Assembly (NCBI GenBank): GCA_032718475.1
Contig: JAUCBJ010006506.1
Span: forward strand, 52,953-116,952
Source of the DNA: Nemertoderma westbladi
Taxonomy: Eukaryota; Animalia; Xenacoelomorpha
Length of the DNA stretch: 64,000 nucleotides
Reading direction: 5' to 3'
In this document: positions 52,875 to 64,000 of the stretch, piece by piece
How the letters are laid out: each line of letters begins with the position of its first letter
Position numbering within the stretch: position 1 is the stretch's first letter
Program-made: the position numbers and the translations under genes
Notes under the pieces: model-generated
What the model was told of the DNA's origin: nothing
The model's input: the letters and a program-made list of their open reading frames with translations, nothing else
Databases searched by the model: none

Positions 52875-54965
52875 AAAGGGTTTACTGTGGAAGATCACCC
52901 ATGGCTGTGAACAGGCATTCCTTTAGGAAACAGAGTGGAAGGGTTTACTGTGGAAGATCACCCCATGGCTGTGAACAGGCATTCCTTTAGGAAACAGGGT
53001 GAAAGGGTTTACTGTGGAAGATCACCCATGGTGGTTAACAGGCATTCCTTGAGGAAACAAAGTAGAAGGGTTTACTGTGGAAGATCACCCATGGTGGTGA
53101 ACAGGCATTCCTTTAGGAAACAGAGTGGAAGGGTTTACTGTGGAAGATCACCCATGGTGTTGAACAGGCATTCCTTTAGGAAAAAGAGTGTAAGTGTTTA
53201 CTGTGGAAGATCACCCATGGTGGTGAACAGGCATTCCTTTAGGAAACAGAGTGAAAGGGTTTGCTGTGGAAGATCACCCATGGTGGTGAACAGACATTCC
53301 TTTAGGAAACAGAGTGGATGGGTTTATTGTGGAAGATCACCCATGGTGGTGAACAGGCATTCTTTTAGCAAACAGAGTGAAAGGGTTTACTGTGGAAGAT
53401 CACCCATGGCTGTGAACAGGCATTCCTTTAGGAAACAGAGTGAAAGGGTTTACTGTGGAAGATCACCCATGGTGGTTAACAGGCATTCCTTTAGGAAACA
53501 AAATAGAAGGGTTTACTGTGGAAGATCACCCATGGTGGTGAACAGGCATTCCTTTAGGAAACAGAGTGGAAGGGTTTACTGTGGAAGATCACCCATGGTG
53601 TTGAACAGGCATTCCTTTAGGAAAAAGAGTGTAAGTGTTTACTGTGGAAGATCACCCATGGTGGTGAACAGGCATTCCTTTAGGAAACAGAGTGGAAGGG
53701 TTTACTGTGGAAGATCACCCATGGTGGTGAACAGGCATTCTTTTAGGAAACAGAGTGGAAGGGTTTACTGTGGAAGATCACCCATGGTGGTGAACAGGCA
53801 TTCCTTTAGGAAACATAGTGAAAGGGTTTACTGTGGAAGATCACCCATGGTGGTGAACAGACATTCCTTTAGGAAACAGAGTGGATGGGTTTATTGTGGA
53901 AGATCACCCATGGTGGTGAACAGGCATTCTTTTAGCAAACAGAGTGAAAGGGTTTACTGTGGAAGATCACCCATGGTGGTGAACAGGCATTCCTTTAGGA
54001 AACAGAGTGAAAGGGTTTACTGTGGAAGATCACCCATGGTGGTGAACAGGCATTCTTTTAGCAAACAGAGTGAAAGGGTTTACTGTGGAAGATCACCCAT
54101 GGTGGTGAACAGGCATTCTTTTAGCAAACAGAGTGAAAGGGTTTACTGTGGAAGATCATCCATGGTGGTGAACAGGCATTCCTTTAGGAAACAGAGTGAA
54201 AGGGTTTACTGTGGAAGATCACCCATGGTGGTGAACAGACATTCCTTTAGGAAACAGAGTGGATGGGTTTATTGTGGAAGATCACCCATGGTGGTGAACA
54301 GGCATTCTTTTAGCAAACAGAGTGAAAGGGTTTACTGTGGAAGATCACCCATGGCTGTGATCAGGCATTCCTTTAGGAAACAGAGTGAAAGGGTTTACTG
54401 TGGAAGATCACCCATGGTGGTTAACAGGCATTCCTTTAGGAAACAAAATAGAAGGGTTTACTGTGGAAGATCACCCATGGTGGTGAACAGGCATTCCTTT
54501 AGGAAACAGAGTGGAAGGGTTTACTGTGGAAGATCACCCATGGTGGTGAACAGGCATACCTTTAGCAAACAGAGTGAAAGGGTTTACTGTGGAAGATCAC
54601 CCATGGCTGTGAACAGGCATTCCTTTAGGAAACAGAGTGAAAGGGTTTACGGTGGAAGATCACCCATGGTTAGGAAACCGAGTGGAAGGGTTTACTGTGG
54701 AAGATCACCCATGGTGGTGAACAGGCATTCCTTTAGGAAACAGAGTGGAAGGGTTTACTGTGGAAGATCACCCATGGTGGTGAACAGGCATACCTTTAGC
54801 AAACAGAGTGAAAGGGTTTACTGTGGAAGATCACCCATGGCTGTGAACAGGCATTCCTTTAGGAAACAGAGTGAAAGGGTTTACTGTGGAAGTTCACCCA
54901 TGGTTAGGAAACCGAGTGGAAGGGTTTACTGTGGAAGATCACCCATGGTGGTGAACAGGCATTCC
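52875..54965. repeat. Satellite D, 63-bp monomer, about 33 copies
   Basis: Unit AGGGTTTACTGTGGAAGATCACCCATGGTGGTGAACAGGCATTCCTTTAGGAAACAGAGTG(G/A)A. It produces the 680-aa repetitive ORF. A 441-bp (7-unit) block is duplicated, with marker AAAAAGAGTGTAAGTG at about 53181 and 53622. Confidence 0.98.
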
Positions 54966-55018
54966 CTGGCTGACTAGGCCTAAACGTTTCTCCCATTTAA
55001 AATTGATATTTGTCACAG

Positions 55019-55132
55019 TGGCGATAAGTTACCGGGGCGATAAAGACCGGGGGGCGATATGTACCCATGGGGCGCTAAAGGTCCATTAAGGCGATAAGTT
55101 CCCAAGGGGCGATAAGGCCCAGGGGCGATAAA
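55019..55132 (+). repeat. Cluster of seven GGCGATAA-like motifs at 16-19-bp spacing
   Basis: Copies at about 55020, 55036, 55053, 55071, 55090, 55108 and 55124, with variable linkers. Confidence 0.85.
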
Positions 55133-55854
55133 GGTTGAGATGTAGTCCGAGGCGTTCAAAGATTGCAAGAATTATTGTTTATCTGTAGACCATAATTTTA
55201 TTATATTTAATAAATAAGTTATCTCATCACGTTCTTTCTCTACGATTCATTCTTCCATTATCTGATTATTAGCCGAATAGACCAGAAGGTACACCGCACC
55301 AACTTACACACATATTCTCCTTTATCAGGTTTATGGCAACAGATTAATAAATTCCAGAAATTATTATTAATTTTTTACAAACAAAACTGAAATTTAAGTA
55401 ATATTTTGATGATTTTGTTACGAATATGTAAGTTTCTATCTCGTTGGGTTCCTGTTACCTATTTGGTCTATCTAGTTTGACCTAGAAGTCACAATTTTTA
55501 TTTTCGCTCTCAATTCGAAATTGTTCCAGTTACACCGCAGTTATTCCTGAACCTTAAAGATATTCGTTGGTACCGTTAGGTACCAACGGGATTTGCGCCC
55601 AGTTTCCCCCTTTTCCCACTTTATAACGTAAGTGTTTTATGTGTTTTAAGGTAGATTGTGTTTTTTTACTTGCTAGTATTTTTTGATACCTAACCAAAAA
55701 ACAAACACTCAAAAACAATGTTCAAAAATGGTCACACAATCTATACCAGTGCCCATTTTTAAATCAAATAATCATTTTCACTATGGCAACTTTTTAGAGT
55801 TGTATAACAAAATATATATATTATACACTACACTGGAACATAAATAAAACAAAA

Positions 55855-57099
55855 AAGAACATACAGTTGTACATACATGTTTAAGAACATACAGTTGTAC
55901 GTACATGTTTAAGAACATACAGTTGTACGTACATGTTTAAGAACATACAGTTGTACATACATGTTTAAGAACATACAGTTGTACATACATGTTTAAGAAC
56001 ATACAGTTGTACATACATGTTTAAGAATATACAGTTGTACATACATGTTTAAGAACATACAGTTGTACATACATGTTTAAGAATATACAGTTGTACATAC
56101 ATGTTTAAGAACATACAGTTGTACATACATATTTAAGAACATACAGTTGTACATACATGTTTAAGAATATACAGTTGTACATACATGTTTAAGAACATAC
56201 AGTTGTACATACATGTTTAAGAACATACAGTTGTACATACATGTTTAAGAACATACAGTTGTACATACATGTTTAAGAATATACAGTTGTACATACATGT
56301 TTAAGAACATACAGTTGTACATACATGTTTAAGAACATACAGCTGTACATACATGTTTAAGAACATACAGTTGTACGTACATGTTTAAGAACATACAGTT
56401 GTACATACATGTTTAAGAATATACAGTTGTACATACATGTTTAAGAACATACAGTTGTACGTACATGTTTAAGAACATACAGTTGTACATACATGTTTAA
56501 GAATATACAGTTGTACATACATGTTTAAGAACATACAGTTGTACATACATGTTTAAGAACATACAGTTGTACATACATGTTTAAGAATATACAGTTGTAC
56601 ATACATGTTTAAGAACATACAGTTGTACATACATGTTTAAGAATATACAGTTGTACATACATGTTTAAGAACATACAGTTGTACGTACATGTTTAAGAAC
56701 ATACAGTTGTACGTACATGTTTAAGAACATACAGTTGTACATACATGTTTAAGAACATACAGTTGTACGTACATGTTTAAGAACATACAGTTGTACATAC
56801 ATGTTTAAGAATATACAGTTGTACATACATGTTTAAGAACATACAGTTGTACATACATGTTTAAGAACATACAGTTGTACATACATGTTTAAGAATATAC
56901 AGTTGTACATACATGTTTAAGAACATACAGTTGTACATACATGTTTAAGAATATACAGTTGTACATACATGTTTAAGAACATACAGTTGTACGTACATGT
57001 TTAAGAACATACAGTTGTACGTACATGTTTAAGAACATACAGTTGTACATACATGTTTAAGAACATACAGTTGTACGTACATGTTTAAGAACATACAGT
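55855..57099. repeat. Satellite E, 28-bp monomer, about 44 copies
   Basis: Unit AAGAA(C/T)ATACAGTTGTAC(A/G)TACATGTTT. ATACAGTTGT occurs at 55861 and 55889. Confidence 0.98.
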
Positions 57100-58080
57100 A
57101 TATCTAGTTATTTTACAAATTTAAAAATAGCCAGTAATTATACAAAGTTATTAAATTAATTTTTTTATTATGTTTGGTAGCAAAGCGTAGTGATATAAAT
57201 ATATAAGTTTTAATTTTTTTTAGTTTTAATTTAGTTTCTAAATTAAAAAAAAATAAAAGTATAAAATATTATCAATTTAATTTACTTTAACCAATATTCA
57301 TTTATATGTATTCAGAAATTTATATAAAAAAAATTTTATTTTTAATTTAGTAGCTTCTTTAAAATAAAATAAAAAAAAACTAGCTATATGTTCTAGAACA
57401 TTATATTTTTTATTTTATATATATGTTCTAGAATATTGTATGATAATTATATTTTGTTCTAGAACTCTACAATATTACTATGGTAACAAAGATTTATGTT
57501 ATAAAAATGTAATGCTATACGGAACTTTTACCCTTTTTTTATAAGCTAGTATTTTTTGAAATTTTAAAAATAATATATATTTTTTTTATTAATTTTGTTC
57601 GAGAACAAAATTAATTAAGTTTAATTATTTATTAATTAAATTATTAATTAAGTTTTTTGTTGTTATCAAAGCTAGTTTTTCTTACCTTTTTAAAATGTTC
57701 TAGAACATATCGTCTATTCATTTTTGTTAAAAGTAATGTTCAAGAACAAATATTTGTTGTTGTAGAACATTTTATATACATTTGTTATTTTTTGTGTTTT
57801 TTTATTTGATTAGTGTTAAAAACAATTACTAACAACTACAAATTTTCATTGTAGCTAGTGATTTTTATTAAATATAAATATGTGATACGTGATACAAAGA
57901 TAGGCCTAACATACAATACCGGTACAAATTAAAAAAATTAACAAATTAGCTAGTTTTTTGTTTTTTATGTTCTAGAACAAAAAATATTTGTTCTAGAATA
58001 AACTTTTTATATTAAATGAATAGATAATTAGAATATTTTTAAAAAATGTAACAAAAACTAGCTAGTATAAAAAATTTATA
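57100..58080. other. Very AT-rich tract with recurrent GTTCTAGAAC and AGCTAG motifs
   Basis: TTCnnGAA at about 57390, 57425, 57456, 57597, 57697, 57738, 57969 and 57990. A 13-bp-arm inverted repeat spans 57588-57615. Confidence 0.75.
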
Positions 58081-58099
58081 CAATGGCGGGGGGTAAAAA

Positions 58100-58151
58100 C
58101 CCAAAACACAGTAGTTGCCCAAAACACAGTAGTTGCCCAAAACACAGTAGT
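58100..58151. repeat. 18-bp tandem repeat, about 3 copies
   Basis: CCCAAAACACAGTAGTTG twice plus a partial third copy. Confidence 0.9.
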
Positions 58152-58616
58152 ACAGCAGTACCTCGACAACTTTTATTTCTGCTGGCCTGGCCGGGTTTTT
58201 AATTTATTAACTATTTCGATACAACATGCCGTTAGGAAACGCATTTTTAACAATATTTAACCATCTCTGTTGGCTTTATTTTTTATCCTTTGAATGTAAT
58301 CTACATATTATGAGAACCGCCTTCATCTGCAGATTCAGAATATGAAAACCAATTAAAATTTCATCAACAAAATGCCATCAATATTATCCAAATACTAAAC
58401 GGTGTAAATTTTGAGACGCTGAATTTCGGGTCTACATCCCAAGAAATGATGTAATAGTTTCACCAACAAAGCAAATTTAATAAAATTATAAACAACCGCT
58501 TTATCAATAGAGAGGTAATTTGTGAACATCGTGATAAAAAATATAAATTATTTATAAAAACATAATATTTTTATTTTAATCGAGTTTTAGTTTATTTTTT
58601 ATTGATTATTACAATA

Positions 58617-60323
58617 ATGTCGAGTCCGACGTTATTAGAAATGTTCAACCCTCGATCATTCAAAGAAGGAGAACTCTATACCGGGATCGAAAGTGTGGAG
58701 GAGGTAGATACGCCGATCGAACAGTTGCCGTTCAACAACGTCGGGTCACCGGAGCCGGAGGAATGGCTACCTCCGTCCATGGCGAAAGTCGAGGACGAAT
58801 TACTCGTCTCAACTACGATGCAATACCACGCGAGACTTTCGCAAGAAAGACAGAAGAAAGCTGAGATTATGAAAGAGATGAATGAAGAAAGGAAAACAAT
58901 TTGCGGACTTCAAGTTCAAGTGAATTCTATGAAAGAAAATATTCCAATAATGGAGGAAAAAGTGAATAACATTGAGAAGGAACGATACACATTGGCGGAA
59001 CAACTTCGACTAAACGTGGCGAATACCAATAAATACACGGCAGAGACTGAGGAACTTAGGGTTATCATTAAACGTCAGTCAGATGAGTTTTCAGCTGCTG
59101 ATATGAAAGCGGGATGTTTGAAGTTGGAACTGAATAATATAAAAGAAAAATCACTTGGAAAAGAGGCAATGATAGATCGCTTGACAAATGAGATCGACCT
59201 CAAATTGAAAGAATATTCGACGAAGGAAGATCTAACGCACTCTGAGAAAGACGAAAATATCCGACTGTCTGCGAAACTGGAGTCACTGGCGGACACATTG
59301 TCGGATGCCCAGAGTGATGTTAGCGTAAACAGCCAGAGTCTAGAGGAGGCACAGCGTGATAATAAACATAAGGAAGTTCAGTTGGAAGCGGTGTCTAAAG
59401 ATTCCCAAAGAAGGTTGTCGGCTATTAAAGAACGAAGTTCAATGTTAGCATCACAGCTGCATCAAACTGAAACATCTGTGAGAGAAGCTGAAAAAATGAA
59501 GCTTAATCTCGCTAATGAGGTTAAATTACGACGAGCTGAGAATAATACGATTAAAGATAATCTCAACAATGTTAACCTGAAGTTAGAACATGCGCAACGT
59601 GATAAGAATGAGTTGGAAACTATGCGAGATGTAGTTCAACAAGAAATAGACGAAGCAAACAAACACATATCAACAACAAAAGAAGAAATGGAAAGGACCA
59701 AAATTCAGACAAAAGAAATGGAGATTCGTATCTCAACTCTGAAAGAAGTTTCTGAAGAAGTTAGTCAGAGGTTGGCGGCTAATCAATCTCATATGAGTGA
59801 GTTCATTGGCGAACGCGATAAATTGTTGGAAAATCTCTGTGATTTAGAGAAAAAAAATAATTTGCTCCAAAAAGATGCAGAAAAGCTTCGAAAGAGAAAT
59901 AAACTATTGGAAGATGAGATGCGAGATAGTCAGAGGGTGAGGCAGACTTTGGATAATTTAATTCAAAATTTGAAGGCAACTGGTGATAATTTGAAAGTTA
60001 ATATTGCAGAGGACCCAATGCTGACCCTAAGTGAGTTAGATATAGACATCGACGATGGAATACCTCGAGTTATAGCGAATCCGGCCTTAGCGAAGCGAAT
60101 GGCAGAACTAGAAAGGAAAAGGAACGCGTTGAAACACGAGATCGAAAACGAAAAATTAAATGTCGATAAAATGAAGTTGAATGATGAATCAATGGAATTG
60201 AAACTTGAAAATCAGATTGAAGAAGGTTCTGATCTCAACATAGAGGTAGAGAAATCGAGGCATAAGTATAAGAACGCCATGAGGGAGTTGAGATCAGTGC
60301 AAGAGCAGACATCTAAGGTGTAA
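58617..60323 (+). CDS. Uncharacterised long coiled-coil protein (about 568 aa, uninterrupted ORF)
   Basis: Non-repetitive 1.7-kb ORF from the ATG at 58617, between AT-rich flanks. E/K/L/Q-rich and nearly free of Pro through the middle. Family not recognised. Confidence 0.85.
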   Translation: MSSPTLLEMFNPRSFKEGELYTGIESVEEVDTPIEQLPFNNVGSPEPEEWLPPSMAKVEDELLVSTTMQYHARLSQERQKKAEIMKEMNEERKTICGLQVQVNSMKENIPIMEEKVNNIEKERYTLAEQLRLNVANTNKYTAETEELRVIIKRQSDEFSAADMKAGCLKLELNNIKEKSLGKEAMIDRLTNEIDLKLKEYSTKEDLTHSEKDENIRLSAKLESLADTLSDAQSDVSVNSQSLEEAQRDNKHKEVQLEAVSKDSQRRLSAIKERSSMLASQLHQTETSVREAEKMKLNLANEVKLRRAENNTIKDNLNNVNLKLEHAQRDKNELETMRDVVQQEIDEANKHISTTKEEMERTKIQTKEMEIRISTLKEVSEEVSQRLAANQSHMSEFIGERDKLLENLCDLEKKNNLLQKDAEKLRKRNKLLEDEMRDSQRVRQTLDNLIQNLKATGDNLKVNIAEDPMLTLSELDIDIDDGIPRVIANPALAKRMAELERKRNALKHEIENEKLNVDKMKLNDESMELKLENQIEEGSDLNIEVEKSRHKYKNAMRELRSVQEQTSKV

Positions 60324-61836
60324 TCACTGATAATTAGTACCAAAATTAACCACCAAGAAAACGGGTAAACTTACCGTGTTCTGTGTTATTTGTACTTTCA
60401 TATTACCTGAACAAGAAATGCAAGAATATTTATGCAGAGAAATATATATTATGTTAACTTTTGTTTGCGTTGTGAAAGCAAATGCCATAACGAGATTGTG
60501 ACAATGACAAGGTAATTGATTTATCTTGTAAAATGTATGTTGTGTGCCGTGTATGTTATATAATGGGGAATTGGGAATTAATATTTGTAATTTAATAATG
60601 TTAATTTATTACATAATAATAGTAAATTTGTTAATATATTTTTGAAAAAAAGCTATATGAAAGCGAAAATAAAAATCCTGGCTCACCCAGGAAGGAGGAG
60701 GGAGGTGAAACTATCTCTGTTTCACATTTCATGCAATCTCATTAAGATTAGTGGAAATATTTGGGGGAGGGGGGGGGGGGCTACGACACTATATTCCAGG
60801 AGATGTAAAGATGAACATACAGACCGCCGCGTTGTGAACTAATTTATCAACCTTGTTCATGTATTGTGTACCACTCATAACGGACATAATATTATAAATA
60901 TTTTATTGTTACAAATAAAATGGAAACAAACAAACATTACAAATTATTAGTCAGATATAAGAAAACTACTTCACCTTGACAAAACTTAAATAATTACTTG
61001 TTGAAGGTTAAATATAAATACTCCAACTATGTTTTTTTGAGTATGAGGAATGCAGTAATTCATTAAACGAATATAATATTCACATAATCATAGCACATGA
61101 TGAATTAATTTATTTCAAAATACATAGAAAAATAATTATATAAATTAGTTGTAGGTTAATTCTTCTTCAGCGGCGAGGTAAATACTAACTACATTCACTA
61201 TAACTTTCGCATTTTCAAATATAATATTATTCTGCCAATAATATCGACAAGCTGCAAATATTGCTAATATCATGAATATGAATATCATGAAAACGCGCCA
61301 ATTGATTTAAAAAAAAGCAACGAATTAATTATTTTAATGGATTATGGAAAACGTTTGTTTAAGGATAAGAGTTTATGAATAAGTTGAAATGAAGGAGATG
61401 TGAAAAATAATATGACGATGTGTGTGTGCTATATAGTTTTAAGTGTTTATATGTGCCAGGGGTGTGGTGAGATACGCGGTAACACTATCGAGTCGGGAGG
61501 CCTTCGTGAAGGACAAAGTAAGCAAGTTTATCATACGGGTTCCAATGTTACAACCGTGGCCTAGTCGCCCTCTGACGGGAGACTGAAGAACTGGTTTTAT
61601 AATTTTAGAATTTTTTAGAACAGATTTTATTTCAGAATTTCGACAGACCAACAGACAACGGTTGAAACAGCCGGACCCCTATGCTAAGCTCGCTTAATCC
61701 GTCGCTCGCTCCACACTCAACGTGTACCAACTCAGAGGCACTTAGGAAGAGAAATTAAAACAAACCCGACCAAAGTGCCACCAATCTGCCGCAATACAGA
61801 TAATAAACAACTTCACTCTAAAGAAACGAACCCCTA

Positions 61837-62399
61837 AAGGGGGGAGCCCCGACCAAAGCGGACGCGTCAAGATTATAAAATAGGTTGCATGGGTTCCTAT
61901 GGGAGCAGCCCCAACCAACGCGTCACGCGGATACGTCAAAATAATTTTAGGTCTCACACCTATTTTGCGGACGAGTCAAAATTATAGAAAGTATTGAAGT
62001 CTATGAGAGGAGCCCCAATCCACGCGGACGCGTCACGCGTCAACGCCAATATCGTATATTAATATGTACAGTATTCAGTATTAATATAACTGTACTTTAA
62101 TTAATTATAATACTGAGTTAATGATATATTGTTGGATCAGAGTAAAACGCGGATCCGGATTCTACATTTAACATTGTCCCTACGGAAGTCGATTTTTTTA
62201 TATTTTTATTTGTATAAAGATATTGTATTGAAGGAGAAGGTATGGGAGACTACAGAAGCCTTATCATGCTTAAATCTTTATAATTATTGTTATAATATTT
62301 TAATTATAAGTTAATTATAAGTTACGAAATTAATATTTAAAATTCCAGCCCTCCCTCTTATTGCTTTCGAGGCGTCCGCGTTGGTTGGGGCTCCCCCTT
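61837..62399. mobile_element. Putative MITE (about 560 bp) with ~30-bp terminal inverted repeats and a possible TA target duplication
   Basis: Left end TA|AAGGGGGGAGCCCCGACCAAAGCGGACGC. Right end GCGTCCGCGTTGGTTGGGGCTCCCCCTT|TA. Internal direct copies of the terminal motif at about 61900-61930 and 62008-62042. AT-rich, apparently non-coding interior. Confidence 0.65.
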
Positions 62400-63105
62400 T
62401 AGCGTAGTTGCATGAATAATTATTTAACTAAAAACCAATTGAAATTTATTTATTTATCTTATAAATTAAATTATTAAAAGAGGAATTAGAAAGTGTTTGT
62501 CTTACTTATAAGATAAGGCCAATATTCGCCTCGCTTAGTGATATGATTGATTGAATTGCCAAGCAGAAACAGGTAATGTAATATTAATTAAGTTTGGATT
62601 ACATTAATTTATATTCTATCTAATTATAATTTACTAAAACGAGAATATCTTTTTTCCATTGTTTGATGTAACTATAGTGTTGTTTCGTCGAGTGACATAA
62701 AGGAACTATCAAGTTCGATTATATTGGAGAAAGAATTAATAAAAAACCATGAATTATTGAGAATATTTGGGACATTTTGAACAATATTATTAATTATAAA
62801 TTAAAACATAGATTATTTGGTCGAATAAAACCAGAAAACAGAAATATTTCAAGGGTCTTAGTGGAATTTTTTCATAAGAGATAAACTTTTTACGATATCG
62901 AGACATTTTGAAAAAAAATACTAAATATATTTTGTATTTGTGGCACTTTGAACGAACGAGCGATGTTCTTATCGCGAGAATAAAGGTATTAATTATTATC
63001 AATTAAAGATAAAATGAGGTTAACTTTTCATGCAACTACCCTATTGGGGCAGAAGAAACTCAATGAGCACCAGATAACACGAGGTACTCCCGCAGGAGAA
63101 CCGAT

Positions 63106-64000
63106 TCACTCCAAACCTTGTATGAGCAACCGAAGTTCTCTATGTACGACCGCCTGCTTACCGGAAGCCGGAAGGGCGTCCAGGGTTGTCCGGACGTCCC
63201 CTAGAACCCGGAATATCTCGCGACACTTCCGAGCGCGGTTCTCCCGCGATAAATCGACCCCGATGGCGGGCGCGGCCGCGCCAATGTTCTCGCGCACTAC
63301 GCCCCCGAAAGTCCGCACGATGAAGCGGAGACACGCGGCCCCGCAGCTCGAGTACTGCTCGTACCTACTCGCGAGCAGTCGTTGGACCTGCGACAACGCC
63401 AAGGCCGCCATGTCGAGGTCCCAAACCGACCGGTTGCTCGTCGCCGCGTTGAGGACGTCCACGATGACCGCGAGGTCGTCCCGTCGGATCGCGGTGTCGA
63501 GGCCCCCCTTGGGGTCCCCGGCCGTCCAGACGGCTCGCACCGTCGAGAGGCCCTTCAGTCGCCCCGAGAGCACCTGGACCACGGTGTCGTTACCCCGGAG
63601 AAGCAGGGTGCGAGCCTCGTCGGAGGTTGGGGCACTCTGGGACGGCTCCTGGGTGGGAAGGAAGTCCGAGGCGACTACAGGTAGGGAAGGGTTGCTAGGA
63701 CGACCGGTGGGGTTGCTAGGACGACTGACGGGGTTGCTCTGGTAACCAGCCGGTCTATCTGCGCTGTGATTGGTCGCGGGGCCGTTACTAGGAGTCCAGT
63801 GGTCGCCGGCAGCTCGCGAGGCTGTCGGTACACAGCGGGCCGCTCTGTTGTCTCCGGTTGGCGGCCGGACGGACAGTCTGTCCCGCTCCCGTCGCGCGTT
63901 CAGCTCAGACGGACTGACTTTTCCACCCGCTCCTCTCCCTGGATTGGCTGGGCGCGGCTTTTCCGGCTCCGATGTAATTCTATTCTTTTCATTGGCAGTG
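63106..64000 (-). CDS. KATNB1: Katanin p80 subunit B1, C-terminal part (Pro/Ser-rich linker plus con80 domain), 5' partial
   Basis: SDFLP...RGNDTVVQVLSGRLKGLSTVRAVWTAGD...DLAVIVDVLN...WDLD...LLASRYEQY...IGVDLSRENRARKC follows the katanin p80 C-terminal motifs (TVRAVW, DLSVVVDLLN, GVDISREER). Checked by hand: the frame has no stop up to the window end. Confidence 0.92.
   Translation of the reverse strand, partial: TANEKNRITSEPEKPRPANPGRGAGGKVSPSELNARRERDRLSVRPPTGDNRAARCVPTASRAAGDHWTPSNGPATNHSADRPAGYQSNPVSRPSNPTGRPSNPSLPVVASDFLPTQEPSQSAPTSDEARTLLLRGNDTVVQVLSGRLKGLSTVRAVWTAGDPKGGLDTAIRRDDLAVIVDVLNAATSNRSVWDLDMAALALSQVQRLLASRYEQYSSCGAACLRFIVRTFGGVVRENIGAAAPAIGVDLSRENRARKCREIFRVLGDVRTTLDALPASGKQAVVHRELRLLIQGLE

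Noticed and set aside
1-57099. CRISPR-like interpretation of the arrays
   Set aside because: No unique spacers, no cas genes, and a spliceosomal eukaryotic context.
1-57099. Palindromic core in every monomer (GGTACC, GGAACGTTCC, CAGCTG, CCATGG, TGTACA)
   Set aside because: About one 6-bp palindrome is expected per 64 nt by chance, and two of these derive from coding or junction sequence.
60642-63002. Small ORFs between the coiled-coil gene and KATNB1, and a possible exon near 61452-61527
   Set aside because: Short, with no recognisable motifs and no consistent splice partners.
63014-63745. Plus-strand 243-aa and 100-aa ORFs
   Set aside because: Antisense shadows of the GC-rich KATNB1 coding sequence.

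Overview
Animal (eukaryotic) genomic DNA, more than 80% tandem repeat; no prokaryotic features or CRISPR. Positions 1-51513 hold the 5' part of a minus-strand SLC1/EAAT-family transporter gene. Three exons splice in frame with GT-AG ends (51286-51513, 37624-37947, 34254-34426) and a fourth is predicted left of the window. Each of the three introns keeps only about 90-200 nt of unique sequence. The rest is a satellite whose monomer copies an adjacent exon-intron junction: a 45-bp copy of the exon-2 acceptor (13 kb), a 32-bp copy of the exon-2 donor (3 kb), and a 56-58-bp unit that reads as the exon-4 acceptor (>34 kb). The two acceptor satellites also share a related ~32-nt motif starting at a branch-point-like TGACCT. 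The right part has a 63-bp and a 28-bp satellite, a GGCGATAA cluster, an AT-rich palindrome-rich tract, a coiled-coil ORF, a MITE-like element and the 3' end of a katanin p80 (KATNB1) gene. Copy numbers are estimates (length divided by period).
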